DNA of 64,000 bases from Promethearchaeia archaeon (GCA_046483985.1 JAWOCD010000016.1:34704-98703), one strand, 5' to 3'; shown: positions 9,908 to 20,390, numbered from the stretch's first letter. Translations and numbers: made by a program. The notes: generated by a model from the letters alone, not told the origin.

Positions 9908-11536
9908 TTAAAAAATTTCATTAGTGGGGAAATATGTAGGAATCCAATTTTTTAATCCGTCAGCGTTATAATTGTCTTCGTCTTTATTCTCGACACTTCT
10001 TAGTTCGTATTCCAAATTACTTCCCTTCTCGAGATTATGGGTGATCCTAACTAATCCTTTGCTCAAAAAACTACAATTTCTCCGATTCTCGAGAATAATT
10101 GGTTCTGAACTTAATTTCGCGTATAAGGGAAAAAATCTCGTGTGAAATCCCTTATGACCTTGCGGGCAATAATTTAATCCTTTTATATTTGGAATAACGC
10201 ATCCTTCATCACAGAAGTTCAATGTGAATCCCCTACGGTTATTCTGTTCGTGCTCCAAGATCTTTCCCACGTAAATTTTTGACTCTAAATTTCCTTCTTT
10301 TAGTTGCTCATACTCATAAATAGTTTTCCGTTCTTTTATTTTGATGAAATCGTTTATATATGGAGGTTTCCTTACGATTTTTTTGTATCCGCGTTTAATC
10401 TTTAGCAATCCTGAAATACATGTTGCCCCCGATCCGTAGGAACCAAAGTAGATTGTGTTACTGGGCTTGCCGTAATTCTCCAATATGTAAATTATTTGCG
10501 ACCATACGGCTGCATTATACATATTCCCAAAGTGGCTGGGAACCCGCAATTGCGGCAGGACTTTTGCTTTTACATTATCAATGAGCCAATGAGAAACATC
10601 TTCCAAGACTTTTGATGAATAGCCCTTTTCTCGTAACTTGAGATACACATATTCGGGCAAAACGGAAAAATCATGCAAAAAATTATCAAGCTTTTTCAGG
10701 ATGGATGAAATAAATCCCCGTACTTTAAATTTGGGTAAATTATTAATATGTGTAATCCACCGTTTTTGAATAATTTGACGCATACATTTAATGGGTAATT
10801 TTGCATATGGGGCATGAAATGTATAATAATCTGCGTGAAAATCCCCGAGATTATCGATCAAATCATCGTAAGCTTTTAATTGGAAGTTTAGATATGCTTT
10901 TACTGAATATTTACCAAAAACTTTTGCATTTTTCTCGTTTGGTAAACGATAAAAGTCATTAATATTCGATGAAACTTTCCCAAATTTTTTGCTAAAGACT
11001 GCAACACGAGGATTTTTAGTTATGACCATGGCAATTGCCCCAGAACCTTGGGTAGGTTCACTTGGGCTATTTAATTTATAGTTAGATATGTCTGCACAGA
11101 TCACAAGCGCTTTATTAATTACACCTTTCTCAATCAGACCAATGGCATTTAAAATAGCTAAAGTCCCTCCGGCGCAAGCATTGTATATATCTTGTGTCAT
11201 GCAGTTATTTGAGATTTCTAAGTAATCTGCAAATATATTAGATACTGACTTTGCCGCATAAGTGATTGTTTCTGTCCCTACAAAGAGGGCATCAATTTCT
11301 TCTGGATCGATATTCCCCTTTTGGAGAGCGTGATACCCAGCTTTAAGTCCCAATGTGACGATATCTTCGCCGATTGCGGGTAGGCGCATTTCAAGAGACA
11401 GAAGTCCCTTAGTATATTTCTCAGGATCAACATCTCTCTCTGCTGCTAAATCCTCTAACCTAATAAAATAACGTGGGGCATAAAAACCAACAGAATCGAT
11501 TCCTATATTGCTGAATAGATGACTATTCCGTAACAT
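9908..11536 (-). CDS. HMG-CoA synthase with internal insertion and Cys-rich C-terminal extension
   Basis: VGTET, NACAGGT (catalytic Cys), EPTQGSGA, FHAPYAKL, GNMYNA, SYGSGA; tail FCDEGC..YCPQGH. Confidence 0.88.
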   Translation of the reverse strand: MLRNSHLFSNIGIDSVGFYAPRYFIRLEDLAAERDVDPEKYTKGLLSLEMRLPAIGEDIVTLGLKAGYHALQKGNIDPEEIDALFVGTETITYAAKSVSNIFADYLEISNNCMTQDIYNACAGGTLAILNAIGLIEKGVINKALVICADISNYKLNSPSEPTQGSGAIAMVITKNPRVAVFSKKFGKVSSNINDFYRLPNEKNAKVFGKYSVKAYLNFQLKAYDDLIDNLGDFHADYYTFHAPYAKLPIKCMRQIIQKRWITHINNLPKFKVRGFISSILKKLDNFLHDFSVLPEYVYLKLREKGYSSKVLEDVSHWLIDNVKAKVLPQLRVPSHFGNMYNAAVWSQIIYILENYGKPSNTIYFGSYGSGATCISGLLKIKRGYKKIVRKPPYINDFIKIKERKTIYEYEQLKEGNLESKIYVGKILEHEQNNRRGFTLNFCDEGCVIPNIKGLNYCPQGHKGFHTRFFPLYAKLSSEPIILENRRNCSFLSKGLVRITHNLEKGSNLEYELRSVENKDEDNYNADGLKNWIPTYFPTNEIF

Positions 11537-11751
11537 TTTAATTAGTATCCCAGTAAATGTTTATTATTGTCTTCAAAATAAAGGAAAAAATAAGTCTTTG
11601 AGTAAAATAAACTTAATACTTTGAATCTTTTCACGTTTTTCAAATTACAAAAATAATTATTCAAATATATATTTAATTAAATTACAAATGTTCTAGATCT
11701 TTCTTATATAATTGTTAATAATATTTAGTTGGTTTACATTAATTTTATTAG

Positions 11752-12489
11752 GTGTTTCGCTTGAGTGACCTTGAAAAATTGGCAAAAAATGGAAACTTAC
11801 CCAAACATATTGGACTAATCTTGGATGGAAATCGTCGCTGGGCGCGAGAACGAGGGATAGACATAAACATGGGCCACTTAGAAGGTTACAGAACGATAAC
11901 CAATATTTTGAAGAGCTTTTTTAAGGCTGGAGTTCGCTATCTTAGCATCTATGCCTTATCGTTAGAAAATTATCATAAACGATCTCAAGATGAATTGGCC
12001 TACATCTATAAAATGATTAAGCGAGCTGTAGGACAGGTGAAAGAGGAACCGATTATTAAGGAAGAGAAAGTTAAGTTCAATGTAATTGGTCGTTGGCAGC
12101 TACTTCCTCAAGATGTTCAAGAGAAGATTAAAGAAGTTAAAGAATATACAAAAAGGCATAACAACGCGTTTATAAATTTATGCTTAATGTATGATGGACA
12201 AGCAGAGATTGTGGATGCGGTTAAGAAAATTATTAAAGATGGAGTAAATCCAGAAGCAATCGATAAAAAGTTATTTAAGAAATATCTTTATACTGAAAAC
12301 TTTCCCGAATTAGACTATATCATAAGAACGGGCATGGAAGATGGAGCGAGAATATCGGGTTTCTTACTCTGGGACGCATCTTACGCAGAATTTAAATTTA
12401 GAAATGAGTATTGGCCTGAATACAATGAAACTATGCTGATTGAAGATCTCAAGGAATATTCAAGAAGAAACAGACGAAAAGGAAAATAG
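11752..12489 (+). CDS. uppS: cis-prenyltransferase (polyprenyl diphosphate synthase)
   Basis: PKHIGLILDGNRRWA, YALSLEN..R, IIRTG...RISGFLLW, RRKGK. Confidence 0.95.
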   Translation: MFRLSDLEKLAKNGNLPKHIGLILDGNRRWARERGIDINMGHLEGYRTITNILKSFFKAGVRYLSIYALSLENYHKRSQDELAYIYKMIKRAVGQVKEEPIIKEEKVKFNVIGRWQLLPQDVQEKIKEVKEYTKRHNNAFINLCLMYDGQAEIVDAVKKIIKDGVNPEAIDKKLFKKYLYTENFPELDYIIRTGMEDGARISGFLLWDASYAEFKFRNEYWPEYNETMLIEDLKEYSRRNRRKGK

Positions 12490-12636
12490 TCGATTTAAAT
12501 TAGAGAATTTTTATAATCAATTAAAAACTCAAACTTACTAAAACTTAAATTTTCTAACCTCAAAATAAAATTAAGAATATTTATTTTTATTAAATAATTT
12601 GGTATTTTAAAATTAAATTGGAAATTATCATTAAAT

Positions 12637-14586
12637 ATGACTTCGCCAACCAACGATCAAACACTTTCGCTAAACATAACTGAATACCCTCAAAATCTCC
12701 TAGTTCCTACAGTTGATAATCTGTTTTCATTTCAAGCAACGTGTTATTTAGACGGAAATCAAGATTTTAAATTCGAGTTTATCGGCGAAAATCTCCAAGT
12801 TGATGTCCCTAATGAATTGAGAGAAAATGTAACATTTAACGGAAGGGAAACAAAGGATTATAATTTAAAACTGATTCCCACGGCAGATGGTTACGGAAAA
12901 TTGACGATAAATATTAATTGGATGAAACTTGTCGAATATACCGTTAAAGTGCAAAAAGTGAGAGATTCAGTATCCTCCAGCGCTCTTCAACGGATCTTTT
13001 CTAAAAGACCTCTGAAAGCATCTGGGGTTGTCGATTCCTTTGATCCTAAAGAATATATCATTGAGATGACGGAAGAAGAAATTCAAAGTCTTCTGCAAGA
13101 AATTGAAAGCAAAAAGCAAAAATATGAGGAATTTTCCGAAATTTTGCAAGAATGGGAACAAGAGAAAAGGGATTATAAAAAGGCACAACAAGAGAGTCTA
13201 AATCCTCAATCTACTATTTCAAATCCGGGACCAAAACCAGTTCGTCAAGTTACCTTGGAAGATATTGATAATTTAATTAAGAAGGTTGCGAAGGCATATC
13301 TCTCTCAAAATAAATTGCAAAAGGCTTTAGATATAATTGAAGATGCTTCAGCAGATCTTGATAAGCAAGCATATTCTTATAAACTTATAAGAGCAAATAA
13401 CTCCATCGATTTGGAAGGAACGCTACATGCTATAGAAAAGCTAAATGACAGTGAAGAGAAACATAAATTAATACGGAAATTAGCGCTTGACAGGGTAAGT
13501 ATTGATCCCGAACAATCTGGAAGAATTGCAATGTTGATAGAACAGTCAGAATTAAAAGACAAACTATTAAAAGATGTGATCATCAAGTCCCTTTCTTCCC
13601 ATCCAGGGAAAGCCAAAAAACTGTGCTATTTAATAGAGAATGATGATATTCAAACCACCTTATTGTTTAATATCGCTAAGCACTATCATAATAATGCTGC
13701 AGACGCAGAGGCAGCTGATATTTTAAGAGAACTTTCTCAAAAACTTCTTAATTCACCTGCTTTTGACTTATCTGCAAATGATTATTCCAATCCGGACTAT
13801 GAGCTTTTTAAAGACGCGCTCAATGCAATTGCAGAATTAGCAACGCCTCACACAGCCGATCAGATTATTGAAAGTTTGAGTTCTCAACCTCTAAAAGAAA
13901 AAATCGCAATGGACCTCTTCGATACTATTTACAAGATGGTCGATGAGGTAAAGACCAAATTAGAGCCGACAAACATCTTATCTCAATATTATATGTTTAA
14001 TGTATATAGTTCAGATGTTGGTCAAAACATTAAACGGTTCAGTCTGAATGGAGGCAACCTTAGCAATAACATTTTACTGCAAGATTTTAATTTTAATGTC
14101 ATATTTGTTTCATTATTTAGTTTTAATTTCAGTATTTTTCCTACCTTTGACAGGATATACATGGATCTTAATCAAAATTCAAATGGTACTTTTGGGTATT
14201 TTATCCACCCCTCAGAGAATAATTATGATAAAAACGAATTTCATATTCTTAAATCTACTTTAAACCACTTTATTTTAAAAAATCAGCATCAAATACAAGA
14301 CGAGGTTTCCCTTTTTAATATTGATTTTATACCATATCTTGGGAAACCCACTGCTATTTTTTCATGTGATGAGTCAACTTTCTCAAGTTTTCAAAAGAAA
14401 GTAGCAAACTTAGGAGAAAGCGTCAAAATTTTTAGAGATGACTCGATCTTTAAAGGAGGCGAAATAACGGAAAAGTTAGAATCTATATTTCCATCCCAAA
14501 AATTTGATATTACGAATTTAGTGTTTAGCTATGAATTTATTAATAATTATAATATTTTTAAGTCATTTATTCAATCAATTATTTAA
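12637..14586 (+). CDS. Hypothetical protein (beta-rich N-terminus, helical-repeat middle, alpha/beta C-terminus)
   Basis: 649-aa ORF; first of three co-oriented genes. Confidence 0.75.
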   Translation: MTSPTNDQTLSLNITEYPQNLLVPTVDNLFSFQATCYLDGNQDFKFEFIGENLQVDVPNELRENVTFNGRETKDYNLKLIPTADGYGKLTININWMKLVEYTVKVQKVRDSVSSSALQRIFSKRPLKASGVVDSFDPKEYIIEMTEEEIQSLLQEIESKKQKYEEFSEILQEWEQEKRDYKKAQQESLNPQSTISNPGPKPVRQVTLEDIDNLIKKVAKAYLSQNKLQKALDIIEDASADLDKQAYSYKLIRANNSIDLEGTLHAIEKLNDSEEKHKLIRKLALDRVSIDPEQSGRIAMLIEQSELKDKLLKDVIIKSLSSHPGKAKKLCYLIENDDIQTTLLFNIAKHYHNNAADAEAADILRELSQKLLNSPAFDLSANDYSNPDYELFKDALNAIAELATPHTADQIIESLSSQPLKEKIAMDLFDTIYKMVDEVKTKLEPTNILSQYYMFNVYSSDVGQNIKRFSLNGGNLSNNILLQDFNFNVIFVSLFSFNFSIFPTFDRIYMDLNQNSNGTFGYFIHPSENNYDKNEFHILKSTLNHFILKNQHQIQDEVSLFNIDFIPYLGKPTAIFSCDESTFSSFQKKVANLGESVKIFRDDSIFKGGEITEKLESIFPSQKFDITNLVFSYEFINNYNIFKSFIQSII

Positions 14587-14613
14587 AAGGAGTTAAGAAA
14601 AGGAGGAACAACT

Positions 14614-16416
14614 ATGGGTTTATTCAGCAGAAAGAAAGATAAGGATAAAGAAGAACCAAAAAGGCGCAGTAAGAATATTTTTGATTTCGGTGACTCAGAA
14701 GAAAAAGAAGAAGCTTCACAAGAGAGCAATGCTTCTACCATACCATTTGAAGGAGGAGGAGAAGGAGAAGGAGGTTATGAAGAACCTGAAGTCACAGAAA
14801 AGAGAAAAGAAAAACCTACAAAGAGAGAAGTAGAACCCGGATTGCCAGAAGGAGTAGAATTAGGAGAAAAAAAGAGTTGGGAAAATGATAAACTATTTGT
14901 CGGAGAAGATTATAGAGAAGTGTTCTCTTGGGAATATGATCGAACTTGGCAAGAAATATTATCTGATACCCAACGATGGAAACCAATGCCTTTTACTTTA
15001 GGAATAGAACAAGAACTAATCATAGCTTACGAGGACGGCTCTTATCCTCCAGGAGAAGAAATGGTTTATCGGATGAAGGAAATTGTAAAGGATGCAATGC
15101 GGATTATGAAACAAATAGTTAACGGGGAACGTAATGATTTCCTACCGATCCCCAATTATATCAGAGAGAAAGTTAAAAAGATTTACGGAAAGCAAGATAA
15201 AGAAAAAGGATATGTAATGGATATTGGCTATAGATTGCCCAACGGTTCTTCAAATTCCCAAGTGGACATCGATACATTCGGAAGGGACGGAAATGTAACT
15301 GCAATTACCTATATTTTGGAATTAGTTACCCCTCCTTGCGAATATATTGAAGAATTAGCATATTGGGCAAGTACTCTCTTTTTGTTAGCTAAAAAAACTC
15401 TTCCCTCAGATCTGCATATTATCGCGTCAGGGATAAATCCGGCACCAAAGAATTATATGAGAGGCTTAACGCAAGCTGATCATTTTCATATAGATCTGTT
15501 CAAGAGTGATACAGAAAAAGCAATGGTCTATTGTATGCTTAGAAATTATATCCCTCATTTAATTGCTCTTTCCGTTAATTCTCCAATTATAAATAATAAG
15601 CCAACTGACGTTGTTAAAGTTATCAAGGAGCGAATTGCAGCCCCTAATTGTATTCGTTCTTTACGGTTAAAACATAATGCTAGTATGTTATCTACGAACG
15701 TGCCTGATGGATTTCTCCCTTATCTTACAACAACTGGCAAAGAGGGTCAAGAGAAATTTTTGAAGGCAGTTAAAAAAGCTAGTCTGGAAGATGGGCGAAT
15801 GCAAGACATATTTCCTTTCACTGAATTTGGAACGATTGAATTTCGAGTGTCCGATGCACAAATTTCAATCTGTAGAAGAATTGGAATGGCGATGATAATT
15901 CAAGCTCTTGCACTAAAAGCACGTAAATTGTTAAAGAAAGGGAATTGGGTCCCTAATGCTGGTGCAGCCACAATCTCAACAAATAGAAAGCGAGCTTATG
16001 AACGGGGGCTAATCTCTTTATTTAGATTTAAAGACATTGATAGGGAATCTTTAGCGCAATATGATCCAGATTTTGCCAAGCAATATATGGGTCCGGAGGA
16101 GGATCCTGTTCGGTATATGACGCAAGCAGTCCAGAGGATGTTTATTTATATCCAGCCAGAGTTAAAAGAATTGGGTTTCTTATACTCTCCTTTCTTAAAG
16201 CCTTTACTTCAATCGGTCTTTGGAAGCGTAACTTATGCGAAACCGCCCATCACCGAAGCAGAGTATCAATTATCCCTTTATGATTATAAGGTTAAACAAG
16301 GAGAAGAACCAAATGTATTGAAAGATCTAATCTATTTTACAGTACAATATTGCCAAGATCCTTTAAATAATCCTTTAACAGGAACACTTACATTACCAAA
16401 AGAAATGAGACGGTAA
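14614..16416 (+). CDS. Glutamate-cysteine ligase family 2 (GCS2/YbdK-like) carboxylate-amine ligase with acidic disordered N-terminus
   Basis: FTLGIEQEL, LELVTPPC, HFHI, LSVNSP, GTIEFRVSDAQ; GGAGG ribosome-binding site upstream. Confidence 0.8.
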   Translation: MGLFSRKKDKDKEEPKRRSKNIFDFGDSEEKEEASQESNASTIPFEGGGEGEGGYEEPEVTEKRKEKPTKREVEPGLPEGVELGEKKSWENDKLFVGEDYREVFSWEYDRTWQEILSDTQRWKPMPFTLGIEQELIIAYEDGSYPPGEEMVYRMKEIVKDAMRIMKQIVNGERNDFLPIPNYIREKVKKIYGKQDKEKGYVMDIGYRLPNGSSNSQVDIDTFGRDGNVTAITYILELVTPPCEYIEELAYWASTLFLLAKKTLPSDLHIIASGINPAPKNYMRGLTQADHFHIDLFKSDTEKAMVYCMLRNYIPHLIALSVNSPIINNKPTDVVKVIKERIAAPNCIRSLRLKHNASMLSTNVPDGFLPYLTTTGKEGQEKFLKAVKKASLEDGRMQDIFPFTEFGTIEFRVSDAQISICRRIGMAMIIQALALKARKLLKKGNWVPNAGAATISTNRKRAYERGLISLFRFKDIDRESLAQYDPDFAKQYMGPEEDPVRYMTQAVQRMFIYIQPELKELGFLYSPFLKPLLQSVFGSVTYAKPPITEAEYQLSLYDYKVKQGEEPNVLKDLIYFTVQYCQDPLNNPLTGTLTLPKEMRR

Positions 16417-16462
16417 TGAATTATATTAATAATGAAAAACCAAATAATTACAAATAAGTAAA

Positions 16463-18013
16463 ATGCTGAGAGCAACTATTGAAAAAAATGGGAAGAAAAC
16501 AATAGAAGATTTTATTGTAATCGATTCGCACAGCCATTTAGGTCAAGATGAAGATGGGGCTGCAATGATGAATCCGTTGGCGCCAGGGTCTGGAAGTTTT
16601 GATTTTTGGAGTAAAATACAAGGAAAATTAAAGACAGAATTAGAAAAACACGATGAAATGTCTTTCTCTACTACTATTGATGGAACTCCGACCAAACTCT
16701 CATGGGCCTTTGAAACCTTTCCCTTTTTTAATGAAATTTATGACTCCTTGGAGAATGTTGGGAAAAGACACGCACATCTGAAGGAACAAACAAAATTTAG
16801 TTCCTTAGTAGACCAAGCCGTTGTCTTTCCCTTTCAAGATATATTTCGAGCAAAAAACAGCGAAGCGCGTTATAGGGCAAGCAATTTAAACGTGTCGAGA
16901 TTCACGACGCGATTCCCCTTCTCTACTCGGTTGATTGGCTATTGCAGAGTAGACCCCCAAGAGGGGAAAAAAGCTGTTAATGAAGTAAAATATGCCAGAG
17001 AAGTTCTCGGATTAAGGGGATTAAAACTTCACCCTCGTTCTGAAGGGTGGGTAGATAAAGTAACCACCGATTTGGCTGTTGATTGTATGGTTGAAGCGGC
17101 AAAACATTCTATGCCCATTATTTTTGATACAAGAGGGAAAAGGACAATAATGGATATTGGAGTTTTAATTTCAAATGCTCGGAATGCCATTAAGCAAAAT
17201 TATCCCGAGTTCTTGCCTCATCTAAAGGTTATCATTGCTCATTTCGCTCAAGGAAATGTGGGAGATTATGAGGTTTATAATACGATAGTTCAGCCTAATA
17301 CTTATGGAGACCTTTCTATGCTTCATGGTGAAGGAGCGGGTAATTTTTTCAGTGATTTTCGTGAATGGTTCAAGCAAAATAAGAAAAAACGGGTGGATGG
17401 AAGAGATTGGTCCGAATATTTATTATTTGCTACCGATTATCCCTATTTTGGAGCTGTTCATGCTGAAAAACTTCTTATTTATATAATTAATAAGCAATTT
17501 TTCGAAACTGGAGGGACTCTAAGGGACACTAAGAATATTCTCGGTTTAAATCAATTAAAGATTTTACCAGAATATAATCTTCCTTTTGAACATAAAAATT
17601 CAAAACCATTACCGAGTACTATAGTATCAACTTTGAAAAATCAACAAAAGAAAAAAACTGCGTATAAAATGGCGTTAGATGCCCTTGCTGAAGCTATTGG
17701 TGACAATAAAATTGATATTAAGAATTTTAGGTTTCAATTTCGAGAATCTTGGGATAATTTATCCGAGGAAGTTACTCTGACGGCGACTCCAAAAGGATCA
17801 GAAGAAGAAATTCCCTTGCAAATAATTAATTTAATCAAGGATAAGATCACATTAGTGGGTTCTCTTAATCCCAACATGAAATGGTCTAAATTTGGCTATA
17901 AATATTTCAATCCCGAAGACCGCGCATCATTTGCCTCGTTATTTGATACATGCTACTTGGGAACAGACCAAAACTCAGTTAAGCAAGGTTTAAATCAAAT
18001 TATTGATAGTTAA
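16463..18013 (+). CDS. Amidohydrolase_2 (TIM-barrel metal-dependent hydrolase) with C-terminal extension
   Basis: IDSHSH, GLKLHP, IIAHF, LLFATDYP. Confidence 0.85.
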   Translation: MLRATIEKNGKKTIEDFIVIDSHSHLGQDEDGAAMMNPLAPGSGSFDFWSKIQGKLKTELEKHDEMSFSTTIDGTPTKLSWAFETFPFFNEIYDSLENVGKRHAHLKEQTKFSSLVDQAVVFPFQDIFRAKNSEARYRASNLNVSRFTTRFPFSTRLIGYCRVDPQEGKKAVNEVKYAREVLGLRGLKLHPRSEGWVDKVTTDLAVDCMVEAAKHSMPIIFDTRGKRTIMDIGVLISNARNAIKQNYPEFLPHLKVIIAHFAQGNVGDYEVYNTIVQPNTYGDLSMLHGEGAGNFFSDFREWFKQNKKKRVDGRDWSEYLLFATDYPYFGAVHAEKLLIYIINKQFFETGGTLRDTKNILGLNQLKILPEYNLPFEHKNSKPLPSTIVSTLKNQQKKKTAYKMALDALAEAIGDNKIDIKNFRFQFRESWDNLSEEVTLTATPKGSEEEIPLQIINLIKDKITLVGSLNPNMKWSKFGYKYFNPEDRASFASLFDTCYLGTDQNSVKQGLNQIIDS

Positions 18014-18103
18014 CCAACCTCTATTGTCAAAGGTAAGGATCCGCATTAGGGAATGTGAAATCCATGCCTTTAGGCGTGAATTTTTTTTTTTTTTTTTTTT
18101 CAA
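18012..18103 (+). mobile_element. IS200/IS605 right-end remnant with poly-T expansion
   Basis: CGCATTAGGG..AAATCCATGCCTTTAGGCGTG..(T)n.TCAA; similar to the ends at 39049 and 61241-61320. Confidence 0.6.
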
Positions 18104-18187
18104 TCAAAAAAATAAAATAGGTTCAATTAATAATTATTATATCGTAATACAAATTTGAAACAAAATCAATTTTAAAGTGATCTTAGA

Positions 18188-19492
18188 TTGAAAGGAATAA
18201 TGATTATCGGATTTAACAAATCCCCTGGAGCTTATATTGATTCTCAGCATCCCGATGATATTTCAGAGAGGTTGAATGTGAAAACTTCTGATTTGATGAA
18301 TATTTATGCACTCCACCGAATGAGAAATATGGAACCAAATTTCATCCAAATGAAGATAAAAAAGGTTAGTGTAGCCAGTTTTTATACGGGCTTTAGTTCT
18401 AAGCATTATGTGGGTAAACCAGATTTTGCAATCACGGTGTTTCTTTCGGATGATGAGAATCCCGATAAGGAGTTTGAAGGAATGTTACGGAGAATGGCTA
18501 ACGAGTTATTACCAGAAAGAGATTCACTGACGTTTGACCAAGATCTTCTCTCTTTTTACGAAGATTTGAAAAGTGAGCGTATTGAACCCTATTGGGAAGA
18601 GGTTATCGAAGGAGAAGGGAGCAAAATCGCCACCATCCATGGGGAGAAAGAGGCTCCGGAAAAAGTTTCCGGGAAACCGAAATCTGAGGAAGAAACGTTT
18701 GAGTTTGAAGAGTTAGATTTTGATGAACAATTTGAGAATTTTGAGAAAGAGGAATTAAAAGAAGAACTAGAAGAGCTGCAAGAATTGGTTACTCAAAAAA
18801 ATAAAAAGATAAGAGAACTTACCAAGAAAATCACCGAGGAAATCTCAGAAAAATCAGAACATACTGAAGAAGTGAATATGTTAAAGGAACAGTTAGAAGA
18901 GAAAAATAAAAAGATAGAGGAATGGAGTGATAAGTTGGTAGACCTCAATGAGAAAAATACAATACTTCAAGAAACGGTACGTAAACTTACCGAAATGTCC
19001 AATCAACAGACTGAAGAGATGGAACAACAAGCTCAAACAATAGGGAAACTGAAAAAGGACCTCAAAAAGAAAGAGGAAAACATCTCAGAGAGGGAATCGA
19101 CCATCGATGAATTAAATAAAGAATTAGAGAACGCAAAAGCAAGGGCTACGGAGAGAGAGGAACAGAGGGTACAACTCCAAGAAAAGCAAGAGAAAATTAG
19201 AGATTTAAGCCAACAATTTGATTCCCTTCAAGAAAAATATGACGAATTAGAGATTGAACGAAATAACCTAAAAGAGCGCTGCGACTCGCTTGAGGAAGAT
19301 AATGAACTTCACTTGGAGACAATTTCTCATTTAAAATTGGATATTAAGGAATTAAAGGAACAATCCTCCTCAGAAGATGGAGTGTATGACGATCTTGCGG
19401 ACCAGATTATTGATCTTAAGAAGGATATTAAGGTTCTTCGCCGCGAACGGGATCATTATAAACAAATAGTGAAAGAGAACGATCTGTTATAA
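18188..19492 (+). CDS. Longin/uDENN-like N-terminal domain plus long coiled coil
   Basis: N-terminal GIMIIGFN...GAYI...HP pattern; heptad E/K-rich region from about residue 180 to the end; domain call is an inference. Confidence 0.65.
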   Translation: MKGIMIIGFNKSPGAYIDSQHPDDISERLNVKTSDLMNIYALHRMRNMEPNFIQMKIKKVSVASFYTGFSSKHYVGKPDFAITVFLSDDENPDKEFEGMLRRMANELLPERDSLTFDQDLLSFYEDLKSERIEPYWEEVIEGEGSKIATIHGEKEAPEKVSGKPKSEEETFEFEELDFDEQFENFEKEELKEELEELQELVTQKNKKIRELTKKITEEISEKSEHTEEVNMLKEQLEEKNKKIEEWSDKLVDLNEKNTILQETVRKLTEMSNQQTEEMEQQAQTIGKLKKDLKKKEENISERESTIDELNKELENAKARATEREEQRVQLQEKQEKIRDLSQQFDSLQEKYDELEIERNNLKERCDSLEEDNELHLETISHLKLDIKELKEQSSSEDGVYDDLADQIIDLKKDIKVLRRERDHYKQIVKENDLL

Positions 19493-19787
19493 CTCGGGCT
19501 TTTAAAAATCAAACAATAATATTTTTTGCGTCCCTTTTCGGTTTTTTATAGCATTATTCAAAAAAAGACGCTTCTTCCTTTCCTAACGCATATCTCATAT
19601 TTTTGAGAGGAAGAGTTGTATGTGAAATCCAAACTAATAAATACCTACAATAACATAAATATATTAATAAGAATTATTTATTGAAGATTAAATAGTTTTT
19701 ATACGATTAAAATTATATATATTATAACAGAATTAGAGTATTTATAAAACAATAAGTTAATATAAAATTCTGAAAAGGTGAATTAAA

Positions 19788-20243
19788 ATTAGTTTAGACA
19801 CACAAAGCTTCGATGAAATCCTCAGTAAGATTATTAAAAGCGAAAGCGGCATTAAAAAAGTTATTTTGGTCGATAGGACTGGACTTACAATCGCAAGCGT
19901 TTCTAAATTTAGTTATTTTCCTGCAGATGTTGATGGGATTGGAGCAATTGCGAGCGCAGTATTCTGTGCTTCCGAAGAACAAGGGAAAAACTTGGAATTA
20001 GGGGATTTGGATATTGTCACTAGTGAATTCTCAGGGGGAAAGATTTTTGCAGCCAGCTGTGGTCCAAAAGGTGTGTTATGTTTAATTTCTGATCCCGAGA
20101 TTAATATTGGATTAATTCGATTAATCCTAAAACGTTCTGGAGAGGAACTCAGAGAAATCTTAGACGAATTTCTCTCAGAAGTACCAGAGACTTTGGATAG
20201 TGGGTTAGATCTGTCTGACTTGGACGAGCTTACGCCAGACTGA
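19788..20243 (+). CDS. Roadblock/LC7 domain protein (probable ATT start)
   Basis: VILVDRTGLTIA, IGAIASAVF, ELGDL..VTSEF..GKI, NIGLIRL; frame open from the in-frame TGA at 19779; AGGTGA precedes ATT at 19788. Confidence 0.85.
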   Translation: MSLDTQSFDEILSKIIKSESGIKKVILVDRTGLTIASVSKFSYFPADVDGIGAIASAVFCASEEQGKNLELGDLDIVTSEFSGGKIFAASCGPKGVLCLISDPEINIGLIRLILKRSGEELREILDEFLSEVPETLDSGLDLSDLDELTPD

Positions 20244-20362
20244 ATAAAAATTAATTTTTTTATCTTCTTTTATTACGCTTAACTCACATCATGAAACTGC
20301 TAAGGGGATTCTACATCTCTTAATTAATTTAAAAATGGGCGAACGTGAATGAACTTTTTTTA

Positions 20363-20390
20363 CCACTAGAGTGCGAGAAATCATCGTCTC
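20363..20390 (+). mobile_element. IS200/IS605 left-end stub
   Basis: CCACTAGAGTGCGAGAAATCATCGTC resembles the left end CCCATAGAGTGCGAGAAAGCACCGTC of the 40641-40864 element. Confidence 0.5.
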
